From sequence record NZ_CP104306.1: a stretch of 64,000 nt of DNA. One strand, given 5' to 3'. The first letter of the stretch is position 1. Each line of letters opens with the position of its first letter. The notes below the pieces were generated by a model. That model was not told the origin of the DNA. It saw nothing but the letters and a program-made list of their open reading frames with translations, and searched no databases. A program made the translations under genes and the position numbers. This document shows, in pieces, positions 8,801 through 17,608 of this stretch. Source of the stretch: a plasmid.

Positions 8801-8880
8801 GGTACGTTGGTTTTTACACCATAAGCACCACCTCCAATCTACGGAAGTCGCCACCGTCTTTAACTTTTCTGCCACGTCTA
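8485..8880 (-). ncRNA. Candidate IS110 non-coding (bridge-RNA-like) region in the 5' end of the element
   Basis: About 400 bp of non-coding sequence upstream of the recombinase. It contains a 15-bp stem hairpin at 8616..8667 (aagcttagtggtgaa / ttcatcactaagctt) and further hairpins. IS110-group elements are known to encode a bridge RNA in this position. Confidence 0.2.
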
Positions 8881-9113
8881 GTATAGCATATAATTGGCTT
8901 CGTTCCTAGAGGCGCAAGGCATACAGCAGTCTTGCTACCGAAAAAAAGCCTCTTCGGCCAAGGCCGAGAAGCGTGGGGCGCCTGCCCCGCCCACGCGCTT
9001 CGGGCATCTGCCTGCCGCGAGGATTAGATCCGATCTCGGCAACATGATGCAACGGAACGGCAAAACCCAGCCGTTCTCGTCGCCAGCTCGACTGAAACCC
9101 AGCAGGTAGGGCA

Positions 9114-11699
9114 TTACATACTTTGCTCTAGTCCTGATGCACGTTGTTTTTTCTGCTGATGTTGTGGCTTAACCGGCTGAGTTTGTTGATACTTCTGCTC
9201 ATCTTCCTTGTCAACGGCATTGTACCCGTACTGTTTAATGAGATAGGCGCACTGTTGAGGATCGTTGGCTTCAAAGTAGCCCACAACTTTATCAGGCTGT
9301 TTAGTATCCACTAGCGCAAATTCATCCTGACCCTTATCAACTAGTTGGGCCGTTTTTCCATCCTGACGACGATAGGTTTGTTCTAACTGCTGATCCATTG
9401 TTGCTGGATGTTGGGCCAACTTGGCTAACTCATTCCAGTCTTTAGCAATTTTAGTCACTGGCAGAATGCCATTATCAGCTTGATAGCGCGTGTTGTAGTA
9501 AGAGGACTTAGCCGCTAAGTGTTCTCGGTCATGATCCTCAATACCGGGGTTTAATTTCTTTGTAATGGTATCCCAATCAGGCTGCTGCTCACTAGTGCGG
9601 TTAGCTTTGATGAACTTTGCCGCGGTTAGTAAAGCCTCATCTGAATTAAAGTTAGTTTTTCCTGGGTTGGGATCGATGAGCACGCTGCTTTTGGCAATGG
9701 CTTGTGGCAGCGGAAAAGACTGCTGGAAGTTCGTTGAAAGGTTGGTTGTTGCTTTAACTGCTGCTGCCAACTCACGCCAATCAATGCCCGCCTGATTCGC
9801 TGCTTGTTTTAAGTCTTGGTAAGTCGCCTGGGTGATCGCATTATCCTGTGGGAAAAGCGGCTTAAAGGTAGTTGCCTCGGCTTCGGTATTCGCTAAGATG
9901 GAATCCTGCAGCTTGTCATAAAGCTGATGACCGGCAGGGTCATTGTCGGAGCCAACATAAATAGTGGCTGGCAGTTGCCCTTTTGTTTTATACATATTGA
10001 CCGCCATATTCACGACACTTTCAACTTTGGTACCATCAACTGAGGCAATCATGCAATTCGTTAGCTCTGGGTGTTGTGTCCAGTAACTCAACGCGTCAAT
10101 CGGTGACTCAAAGACATACAAGTCTTGAGGTTTCCCCAAGCTAAAATTGAAACCAAAATCAGATTGTGAGTTTGCCGCGATCTTTTTTTGAGTCCCACGT
10201 TTACCGTATTGTTTAAAATCAATTTCAGTGCCTTGAATACTAGCGCCAACTGCCTTACCGTTGCGTGCCCATTGAAAGATCAGATTGTTTTGTGAGTCCT
10301 GAAAAATGAGTCCCTTTTGGTACAGGCGGTCCACTAGATGAGGATTAATCCCTCTGGCGATGGTGAGGTAATCCCGCGCTCGATCAAAGCTATCAGCTCG
10401 TTTCAAGTAGTTATGATAGGCTGCCTTCGGCGCGGTTTGAATCTTTGTTTCATCGTAGTGACCAGCGTTGAGAAACTTGACAGCCTGATAGAAGCCTTTC
10501 TGATCTAAAAAGGTGGTGGCGAATTCAATCGCACCACCACCTAAATTCTGGGAGTTCCATTTCCATAGGTTCTTTTTAGCATCAATGACTAAAGAGTCGT
10601 GATCGACACCGCGGTAGTAATCGCGAGAATCCTCGGTGAGATCAATGCCGGCGTTGCGCGCAATATCCACTAACGACAATTTCCGTGCCCGATCAATTTC
10701 AGATTGCGTCAAACGCTCACGTTTACCGCTATTGAGATTGGTTGTTTGTTCCGGAGCATCGTTAAGCGTTGCTTCTGCGGTCTGTGCTTGATCAAAGCCC
10801 AAAGTTTGAGCGGCTTGATCAGACATCTCGATGGTATGCACACTGGCCTCATTAATCTCTTTGAGGGCTTGTGCCATCACTTTAGGATCCTTCGCCCAAG
10901 TGGCCACATATCCTAATGAATAGTCACCAGTGTCGATGCCAATGTTTTGCATGGCAATATAAGCGACGGATTCGGCTTGCGCTTCTTTCCAAGCGCGTGG
11001 TCGATCAGCAAATGCCTGACCAATGCCATGTAACTGACTGTGGCCGTACTCATGAAACAGCGTCTTGAGTTTCATAGCCGCATCTGTTTCTTGTGGACTA
11101 ATCACAATTTCTTGGGTAGACGGCCGAAAGAAACCACGAACCCCCGGTTCATCAATAGGCGCTTCACTGACCTTAACGTGACCTTCGGTATTGATGGCAT
11201 CAACGACAGCGTGATATAAACGATCCACGTTTTGGTGATCACCCAACCGTTCCTTAATAAAATCGTTTGCGGATAGTAAAGCTTTGCCCTTGGTTTGACT
11301 GACATCGAATACTGAGCCGTAGCGATAACCAACAATTGCTCGTTCAGCGGTCGTTTTGTATTTGACCTGTTCCTCTGGCGTCAGCTTCTTAACAATTGGC
11401 ATGGTGATCTTGATGGCGTGTTCACCCTTGCGAATGTGACGACCTAATTTGTCCCACTGCTTAAAACCGGCCACCCGGGTCGCATTAGGATGCTGCATAT
11501 TAATCAAGAGCACGTTGCGGACGGAGTAGCCATGGAAGGCAGCGTTTTGCCGAAGGTACTGCTTAAACTTTCGGGTATCGGCAAGTGCGCTCAATTGTTC
11601 TGTGGCTCGCTGCGCCATCTCATGTTCCCAGACTTTGATCTCAGCTTTAGTCCTCGCCATCTTCACCATCCTCCTCCCATGTAACGTTGTTTTCTGCAC
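9114..11699 (-). CDS. LtrC-like multidomain conjugative protein: ArdC-like N-domain, HExxH metallopeptidase and Toprim (DnaG-like primase) domain
   Basis: TLFHEYGHSQLHG gives the HExxH motif. YVGSDNDPAGHQLYDK is a Toprim DxD motif, with an upstream FESPIDALS glutamate. Length is 861 aa. Confidence 0.6.
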   Translation of the reverse strand: MQKTTLHGRRMVKMARTKAEIKVWEHEMAQRATEQLSALADTRKFKQYLRQNAAFHGYSVRNVLLINMQHPNATRVAGFKQWDKLGRHIRKGEHAIKITMPIVKKLTPEEQVKYKTTAERAIVGYRYGSVFDVSQTKGKALLSANDFIKERLGDHQNVDRLYHAVVDAINTEGHVKVSEAPIDEPGVRGFFRPSTQEIVISPQETDAAMKLKTLFHEYGHSQLHGIGQAFADRPRAWKEAQAESVAYIAMQNIGIDTGDYSLGYVATWAKDPKVMAQALKEINEASVHTIEMSDQAAQTLGFDQAQTAEATLNDAPEQTTNLNSGKRERLTQSEIDRARKLSLVDIARNAGIDLTEDSRDYYRGVDHDSLVIDAKKNLWKWNSQNLGGGAIEFATTFLDQKGFYQAVKFLNAGHYDETKIQTAPKAAYHNYLKRADSFDRARDYLTIARGINPHLVDRLYQKGLIFQDSQNNLIFQWARNGKAVGASIQGTEIDFKQYGKRGTQKKIAANSQSDFGFNFSLGKPQDLYVFESPIDALSYWTQHPELTNCMIASVDGTKVESVVNMAVNMYKTKGQLPATIYVGSDNDPAGHQLYDKLQDSILANTEAEATTFKPLFPQDNAITQATYQDLKQAANQAGIDWRELAAAVKATTNLSTNFQQSFPLPQAIAKSSVLIDPNPGKTNFNSDEALLTAAKFIKANRTSEQQPDWDTITKKLNPGIEDHDREHLAAKSSYYNTRYQADNGILPVTKIAKDWNELAKLAQHPATMDQQLEQTYRRQDGKTAQLVDKGQDEFALVDTKQPDKVVGYFEANDPQQCAYLIKQYGYNAVDKEDEQKYQQTQPVKPQHQQKKQRASGLEQSM

Positions 11700-11925
11700 C
11701 AGGAACTGGTTTGATGATCGGCTCCAAAGCGTATAACGGTCGATACTGATTGTCGGTAATCCGCTGCCAAGCGACCTGTCTCATTTTGATGGACGTTGGT
11801 TGCAAGCTAATAGTTGGATACTCATCTAATCTATCAATGACAGGCAGCTCACTACCGAGCACTTGCATTTCATCTGCATAAATAGCTGGCATCATTATTT
11901 TCCTTTCTATATAGAAGGCAAACAA
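11647..11925 (-). CDS. Small hypothetical protein between relaxase and LtrC-like gene
   Basis: A 92-aa ORF in the operon gap with an acidic C-terminus. It overlaps the LtrC-like start. Confidence 0.3.
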   Translation of the reverse strand: MFAFYIERKIMMPAIYADEMQVLGSELPVIDRLDEYPTISLQPTSIKMRQVAWQRITDNQYRPLYALEPIIKPVPGAENNVTWEEDGEDGED

Positions 11926-11933
11926 AAAACGCC

Positions 11934-13178
11934 CTAGTAAAAGCGCGTCTGTTGTTCCTGTTTCTTCTTGTCTTTTTCGCGTTCGCGATCCTGATCAGCC
12001 TGGCGTCTTTGATATTCGCGTTTGGCTAACCGCTGTGCCTTGATATCGGCGCTGAAAATCTTTTGTAGGCCATTCAAGTGATTGGCTACTGATGGTTGAT
12101 GCTGCGTTTTAGAGACTGCCTCCTGCTCAGAACGATAAGCTGATATATCTTTTAAAATGCTGTTACCCATCCGGGCATACAGTTCATGTAATTTGTTATC
12201 GGTGTAGTCTTGCGCACGGTTAGCTTCTTTTGTGCCACTACCATACAAGGCTTCACGGAAACGTGTTTCTTGTGTGAGTAGTTGTTTAAATTCGCCCAAC
12301 TCTTCTGGCTTACAACGCATCAAATAGTTTCGTGACATGGCATCTAACTGCTCACGATATGGCTGCATGGCATTGTTGTTGTACTTCCAAAGGCGGCGAT
12401 CACGCGGCAAGCTTTTGACAAGCTCTTGATACCTAACGGCAAAGTCTAGGCTGCTCTGATGACGCCAAACAGAACGCTGATCGGGTTGCAGTCGTTGACG
12501 AATGAGGTCACTGATCCGTGCAAGTGAACGATCGCGATCAACCATTTCGTTAGCAAAGGCAGCTTTGAAATGGTTCAAGATCTTCTTGGGTACATAACCT
12601 TTGCGCTGCCATTCTTGATAGGTCTCACCGTGCCTACCTTCGACCGTAACTCGTTTCCATTCACGGGTAGGTTGCGGCTCCACAATGGCAACATGGATAT
12701 GAATGTTGTCTGTGTTGCGGTGAATTGCAGCAGACCAAATAGCTGAATGTGCCATACCCATCTTGCTGGTGAAGTCATGCATGGCGACCCGGGTAGCGTC
12801 CCGCAACTTGGCTTCATCTAATTGTTTGGTCTTCGGATTGTAGACATTGTTTTCAACTAGGAAGTCGTTACGGAAACTGAATACGGACTGCCACATGACT
12901 GACTGATGCTTTTGTGCCACGGTGAATTGTTTCTTTAACTGGACGCGTTGTGTTGGTGTCAGACGATCATATTGATCAGTGAAGATGCCGGAAGACTTTT
13001 TCGGATTTTCCATGTAGTGGTTGTAGCCGTCAACTGATAGAATGTTTTGTTGGTCAAAGTGATCAATCCGAATCGCCTCGTCTCGATCAATGTAGTTGAT
13101 GTAGCTGCCAAACTTTTTGGCATGGGCCGCGACAAAATCAGTCACATTGACAATGCCAGGCGATACACGATTAGGCAT
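11934..13178 (-). CDS. MOBP-family conjugative relaxase
   Basis: Motif III SAAIHRNTDNIHIHVAIVE matches the HxDTDNxHxH signature of TraI_RP4-type relaxases. The likely start is MPNRVSPG at 13178. The six-frame ORF extends to 13265. Confidence 0.7.
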   Translation of the reverse strand: MPNRVSPGIVNVTDFVAAHAKKFGSYINYIDRDEAIRIDHFDQQNILSVDGYNHYMENPKKSSGIFTDQYDRLTPTQRVQLKKQFTVAQKHQSVMWQSVFSFRNDFLVENNVYNPKTKQLDEAKLRDATRVAMHDFTSKMGMAHSAIWSAAIHRNTDNIHIHVAIVEPQPTREWKRVTVEGRHGETYQEWQRKGYVPKKILNHFKAAFANEMVDRDRSLARISDLIRQRLQPDQRSVWRHQSSLDFAVRYQELVKSLPRDRRLWKYNNNAMQPYREQLDAMSRNYLMRCKPEELGEFKQLLTQETRFREALYGSGTKEANRAQDYTDNKLHELYARMGNSILKDISAYRSEQEAVSKTQHQPSVANHLNGLQKIFSADIKAQRLAKREYQRRQADQDREREKDKKKQEQQTRFY

Positions 13179-13626
13179 CAGCACCACCACCTCGATGGTG
13201 TACTTGAGTCGTTTGGTGACGAATGTACTCCGTCTTAATTTGGTCACTGACAATCCTACGAGCAACCGTAGTTGGCTTCATTGTGTCATCGGGAATGGGT
13301 AAATTATCCCAGCCGTTTTGAACGACAACACCGTCAAACAGTTTCAACAAGACCAGCAAGTTACGGTCGATAAAGTTAATCTTTTTCTCAAGCGGGGCAA
13401 GTGCGTTCTGAACACTCTCGCTGACGTTAGAGGCACGTTCGTTAGCTTGGTCAAGTTGATTATTAAGCCGGTGCTCATCATCCAACAGTGACTTAATCGC
13501 TGCACTAAGGGTCTCAATTTGATGAGCCGCCATATAAGTTTTTAGCTCTTCATCTGAGGCTAACGCATCATCACTTGAGTCAACAAAAAATGTCTTCCTG
13601 GTTCGCAAAGTAATCCCTCCTAACAA
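13171..13626 (-). CDS. Hypothetical coiled-coil protein (possible relaxosome accessory)
   Basis: Sits immediately upstream of the relaxase with an 8-nt overlap. Confidence 0.35.
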   Translation of the reverse strand: MLGGITLRTRKTFFVDSSDDALASDEELKTYMAAHQIETLSAAIKSLLDDEHRLNNQLDQANERASNVSESVQNALAPLEKKINFIDRNLLVLLKLFDGVVVQNGWDNLPIPDDTMKPTTVARRIVSDQIKTEYIRHQTTQVHHRGGGADA

Positions 13627-13646
13627 AGTTATTGAAGTTAATGAAG

Positions 13647-13904
13647 CTAATGAAGCTGTTCGACCTCTTTACTAAGGTCTCGAAAAGCAGCCGTGTTTTG
13701 TTCAATGATGACTGCCATTTGCTTCGTTAGCTCGCGCAAATCTGACACATCACCGCTGAGTAAGTGGTCGGTTGCGTCATGATGAATGAGCATTCGAAGA
13801 TACTCTTCGCGTGACAAACGGCTGCGCTTTGCTGCATCATCCAAGGCAGCTAAATCTTGTTCAGAAAGATTTCTAATGATGGTTGTATGAGCCAAAAAAA
13901 TCAA
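13647..13904 (-). CDS. Ribbon-helix-helix (CopG/MobC-like) protein
   Basis: LSEQDLAALDDAAKRSRLSREEYLRMLI has an RHH-like pattern. It lies adjacent to oriT and the relaxase. Confidence 0.5.
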   Translation of the reverse strand: MIFLAHTTIIRNLSEQDLAALDDAAKRSRLSREEYLRMLIHHDATDHLLSGDVSDLRELTKQMAVIIEQNTAAFRDLSKEVEQLH

Positions 13905-14152
13905 TCCTTTCTTTTTATTGTTCTATTTATAAACAGCATGGCTTCCAAAATATTTGATTTGTTGACCTTAAGGTTGTACTTAGCAAGCTCCGGATTTTGA
14001 TTTAGTTCCCGTTGCTTTTCAGCTACAAGGTGATCCAACTTTGCGATTGCCTGATCGCTCAAGGTCATCATGACTCGACGTGTTTCGTTTTGTTTATCCA
14101 TCTCAAAGCCTCCTTCATAGTGATGACAAACTGTCGCCTGGCAAACCCACAC
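13901..14152 (-). CDS. Small RHH-like protein
   Basis: RVMMTLSDQAIAKLDHLVAEKQR is RHH-like. It overlaps the next gene by 4 nt. Confidence 0.4.
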   Translation of the reverse strand: MWVCQATVCHHYEGGFEMDKQNETRRVMMTLSDQAIAKLDHLVAEKQRELNQNPELAKYNLKVNKSNILEAMLFINRTIKRKD

Positions 14153-14420
14153 AGCATTAAAATCGCGTCACGTTACCGGACGATTTTTGGTAAACCGTTA
14201 CGACTACTCTGGTCAAAACGTGAACGTTTTTCACCAGGCAAACGATCAGAAAAATCTGAGTTGCGAACCAACCGGCCTCAAAAATGGCCCGATCGAAACA
14301 AGCGCATTTTTAGGGTGATCTGACATGTCCCTAAATAAAGAAAGAGCATAAGGTAAAACTGCTATCAAAATTGATAGAAACCGCAGTGCGGTTTGTTTTA
14401 TAGTGCTAGCAGGTAGATGC

Positions 14421-14570
14421 TTTTACGTGTAGTGATTCCAAACTTACTCCACGTGAAAAAAACTTGAACGTGTAGTAAAACGCGTTTTACTACACGTGGA
14501 TTATGCTTGTTGTGACAAGGGATAGCGCCGTTTACGTGTAGTAAATGACGTTTTACTCCACCTGAGCAAG
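14421..14570. promoter_or_regulatory. Putative oriT/regulatory repeat cluster, including a 30-nt perfect palindrome at 14468..14497
   Basis: acgtgtagtaaaacgcgttttactacacgt is a perfect palindrome. Related copies tacgtgtagtga, tactccacgtg and acgtgtagtaaatgacgttttactccacctg lie within 150 bp, upstream of the RHH/relaxase operon. Confidence 0.45.
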
Positions 14571-14695
14571 AATATTCGCTTTTTGGTCATAAACGAGCAC
14601 TTTTTGGTGTTGCAACGTTCACAACTAACTAGTGACTTGACGACAACATGAAGTGCACACGACAAGTTGCACTAACCGCAATCTCACATGTGCAC

Positions 14696-15529
14696 TCAAT
14701 GATGAGCGTAATGTTGATAGCGCTTCTCGTAACTTTGAAGATTACTTTGCGCCACCTTAATGGCACTTTGCGTGTCGCTGATGTCCTGTTTCTTGTCTTG
14801 TATATTCGTTTCTGTTTGCGTCATGCGTTGTTCAGTTGCTCGTTTTTGTTTGCCGACTTGCAAGTTGGCGGTGTCTTTTTGACGGGCTAAACTAGTCTTC
14901 AAAATTTGCAGATCATGATTGTATTGGACTAGCTTCTTTTCTAAGGAAGCGACTCGGTTGGTCGTGTTGCTGCGCAAAATCTTGAGGTAGTTTTTAAGAT
15001 AAACGCCTTCGGTTAGGGACGTTACCTTGGTAGGATGGCGAAGGTCTAGGAGAACAAAATCAATGGCACTCGTGACCCCTGACAAGTCTTTTTTGGAACC
15101 TAGTTTGACAAACAAGCGGCCATTGCTGATCGCACTTTTCTTAAGCTTGACCACGTAATAGTCATCGGCGATCTGTTTCAATTGGGTATGAAAGTCATTG
15201 CCGCTATGTGTCTTTTTGGTCACGACGACAGTCGTTAAAGGTGCCAGCGGGTCGATGGTGTTCTTGGTTACATAGAAGTACATGGCGGCGTTTTGTTTGT
15301 CTGTATCGACCCCGGCAAATTGAAACTGGTTGTTGCCTTGATCGAAAGTCTGGCCAAGACTGATTTGTTTGTTGTCGGTTTGGCGAGGCCATAAAACGAT
15401 CGCAAAAATGAGCAAAGAAAAAGCTGCTAGGAGAATGCCAAGCAGTTTGACGTAGCGAAGACTGTACTTGTTTTTGTCTTGAAAGTGAATACCTTGATTC
15501 ATCATTTTAATGTTCACCTGCCTTGCCAC
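14696..15529 (-). CDS. Membrane-anchored coiled-coil protein (putative T4SS component)
   Basis: An N-terminal transmembrane segment (LLGILLAAFSLLIFAIVLW) and a Gln-rich C-terminal coiled coil. It is the first gene downstream of the T4SS block. Confidence 0.4.
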   Translation of the reverse strand: MARQVNIKMMNQGIHFQDKNKYSLRYVKLLGILLAAFSLLIFAIVLWPRQTDNKQISLGQTFDQGNNQFQFAGVDTDKQNAAMYFYVTKNTIDPLAPLTTVVVTKKTHSGNDFHTQLKQIADDYYVVKLKKSAISNGRLFVKLGSKKDLSGVTSAIDFVLLDLRHPTKVTSLTEGVYLKNYLKILRSNTTNRVASLEKKLVQYNHDLQILKTSLARQKDTANLQVGKQKRATEQRMTQTETNIQDKKQDISDTQSAIKVAQSNLQSYEKRYQHYAHH

Positions 15530-15914
15530 CAGCCAGCACTTTGTCGATTTGCTGCTCTTGATGACCCGTGTACTGCGTCACCACTTTGCCCTTTTTATAA
15601 TGAACTAGGGTCGGTACCTTCGTGATGCCTAACGCTGCTGCCGCTTCCTTGTTTTGCTCATTAGCAACGCTGGCAAACTTGAGTTGTCCGGTCACTGAAC
15701 GCCAGAAGTAAGTGCGATAAACTTGCTGGCAAACTGAACACGTAGGACTGTAGTAAAGAATATATTGATCCTTCTTTTGTGCATTGATGGTGATCGGTGT
15801 TGCCACATTGATCATTGCTTTCGGTGCGTAAACATAGAGTGCTGATAGAGAAAATGTAGCGATGGCAATGCCTATCACCGTATTGATGAGGAAATGTCTA
15901 AATGGATGCTTCAC
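15507..15914 (-). CDS. Membrane-anchored thioredoxin-like protein (CSVC)
   Basis: An N-terminal transmembrane segment followed by YYSPTCSVCQQ, a thioredoxin-fold CxxC motif. Confidence 0.55.
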   Translation of the reverse strand: MKHPFRHFLINTVIGIAIATFSLSALYVYAPKAMINVATPITINAQKKDQYILYYSPTCSVCQQVYRTYFWRSVTGQLKFASVANEQNKEAAAALGITKVPTLVHYKKGKVVTQYTGHQEQQIDKVLAGGKAGEH

Positions 15915-16555
15915 GGTGTCACCCCCGATAGTGCGCGATTAGAATCAAAGGCGGCTAGCTTATAGTCGTTGCTGACCTTCCTGACCGTCCCTTGAAAAAC
16001 CATCGTGGTTTTCTTATTTGTGTTGGACTTGTTGTTACCAAGTTCGTAACGTGCCATTAACAAGTAGTCATCACCCTGTGGCGTGACAAAAATACGCAGG
16101 TCGTTAATAGTCGATTCTTGGAACCCATTCGCGCTAATGGGTGTGTCACGATCAGGCATGAAAGTCTGGATCGCCTCACCCGTTAGATAAGGTTTCATGG
16201 CTTCATACTGACCCATTGTGGTGGCCGTTTTAGGCGAGTACATGCCTTGCAACAGACCATTCATCATTACTGTGATCTTCTGTGTTGTGTCTGTTAGATT
16301 GTCTGATTGAGATGATGTCGTGTTTGCTTTTTTACTCGCGCTGTCAGAGTTGCTTGACGCATGATTGACTTGATTAGAAATTTTTAGCGCCTCTAATTGC
16401 GTCTCTAATGATTCATTTTTAGACGCCATGATACGGAGTTCTTGTTTCTGCTGACTGATGTTTTTGTTGGCTGTATTGGCTGACGCCCAGTCATAGGCAC
16501 CGGCACCAAGTGCGAGGATCATCATGACACTGACCAGCATTATTTTACGATTCAT
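15911..16555 (-). CDS. T4SS-associated membrane-anchored protein (possibly VirB8-like)
   Basis: An N-terminal transmembrane segment. It overlaps both neighbours by 4 nt within the T4SS operon. Confidence 0.4.
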   Translation of the reverse strand: MNRKIMLVSVMMILALGAGAYDWASANTANKNISQQKQELRIMASKNESLETQLEALKISNQVNHASSNSDSASKKANTTSSQSDNLTDTTQKITVMMNGLLQGMYSPKTATTMGQYEAMKPYLTGEAIQTFMPDRDTPISANGFQESTINDLRIFVTPQGDDYLLMARYELGNNKSNTNKKTTMVFQGTVRKVSNDYKLAAFDSNRALSGVTP

Positions 16556-16570
16556 GTTTACCTCCTTGTT

Positions 16571-17608
16571 CTATGGTCTGACTGCAAAGTCTGGTTCATA
16601 GTCTTTATAGGGACGAATGTGACAGACGTCATTGGGTTCAGGTTCCTCGATCACTTGACCATCACCAGCGTAAAAAGCAATGTGATGTGACGCGCCATGA
16701 TCACCATAAAAGATCATGTCACCTGGTTGTAGTTCACTCATGACAGGTTTGCCACCATTGAATAGCATCGTGCCTTTACTCTCCAAAGACACCGTGTATT
16801 GTGGGTAAGATTTATGCGTGACTTGCATTAAGACGTAACCAACAAAGCCGGAACAGTCCATGCCAGTCGCTGGGGATTTGCCACCCCAAACATAGGGAAC
16901 GCCAAGATATTTCTTCGCTTCGGTAATGATGGCACTACCGTTACCCACACTTCCAGCGCCAGAGTTGCACGTCGTTGCCAATGTGGCACTGGCATCTGCT
17001 CCAAATTCAAGCATTGTTTTTTTGACGGATGGTACCCAGCTGGCATTTAGTCCCGTGGGATCGTTAGCCGCACCCACAGGACAGTAGACCGAACCAAGCT
17101 TCTCAACCGTTGATAACTGTCGCTCGACAACCAGATTATGCAAGGTGGCCGCGGTTGCGTCGATGCCTGCTTCAATAGTCGGATATGAAATGATGGTGCT
17201 ACCTGACATCTGGCCTGACGGATTGTTTTGATTACGCACGGCCGAACTTTTTCCCCACCCACTTTCGTGTCCCATGATGGACGCAAAAAGAGCAGGTGAA
17301 ACGCCTGCCTTGTTTGCTGCTTTGATAGTGTAGTCAGCTTCATCTTTGAGCACGCCACTCGTAAAATATTTGGCCCATGCTTGCTGATAGGTGTCTTTGT
17401 TGAAATTACCCGTGGCCGAAATGCTACCGGTAATATCGCAGTCGCTACCGCCGCCTTTCTTATCGTTCAACCCTGCAAACATGGCTGCGATGAGGACCAT
17501 GAACAAAACAAAAAACAGTACGAAACTGCTTAAGCTGCCAAAGATCAAACGCAACAACCAACGTTTGCTATGAGTTTTCACATTAGGCACCACCCTTAAA
17601 GACGGCAA
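16571..17608 (-). CDS. Bifunctional peptidoglycan hydrolase (glucosaminidase-like plus NlpC/P60), VirB1-like
   Basis: FASIMGHESGWGKS is a glucosaminidase ESGWG motif. GVPYVWGGKSPATGMDCSGFV is an NlpC/P60 catalytic Cys motif. An N-terminal transmembrane segment is present. Confidence 0.7.
   Translation of the reverse strand: MPSLRVVPNVKTHSKRWLLRLIFGSLSSFVLFFVLFMVLIAAMFAGLNDKKGGGSDCDITGSISATGNFNKDTYQQAWAKYFTSGVLKDEADYTIKAANKAGVSPALFASIMGHESGWGKSSAVRNQNNPSGQMSGSTIISYPTIEAGIDATAATLHNLVVERQLSTVEKLGSVYCPVGAANDPTGLNASWVPSVKKTMLEFGADASATLATTCNSGAGSVGNGSAIITEAKKYLGVPYVWGGKSPATGMDCSGFVGYVLMQVTHKSYPQYTVSLESKGTMLFNGGKPVMSELQPGDMIFYGDHGASHHIAFYAGDGQVIEEPEPNDVCHIRPYKDYEPDFAVRP

Noticed and set aside
4690-9110. 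GC-rich blocks (4690..5090, 8890..9110) considered as group II intron fragments
   Set aside because: No domain V-like sequence (GAGC...GUAC...GUUC), no GUGYG 5' end paired with an intron ORF, and no RT or maturase nearby.
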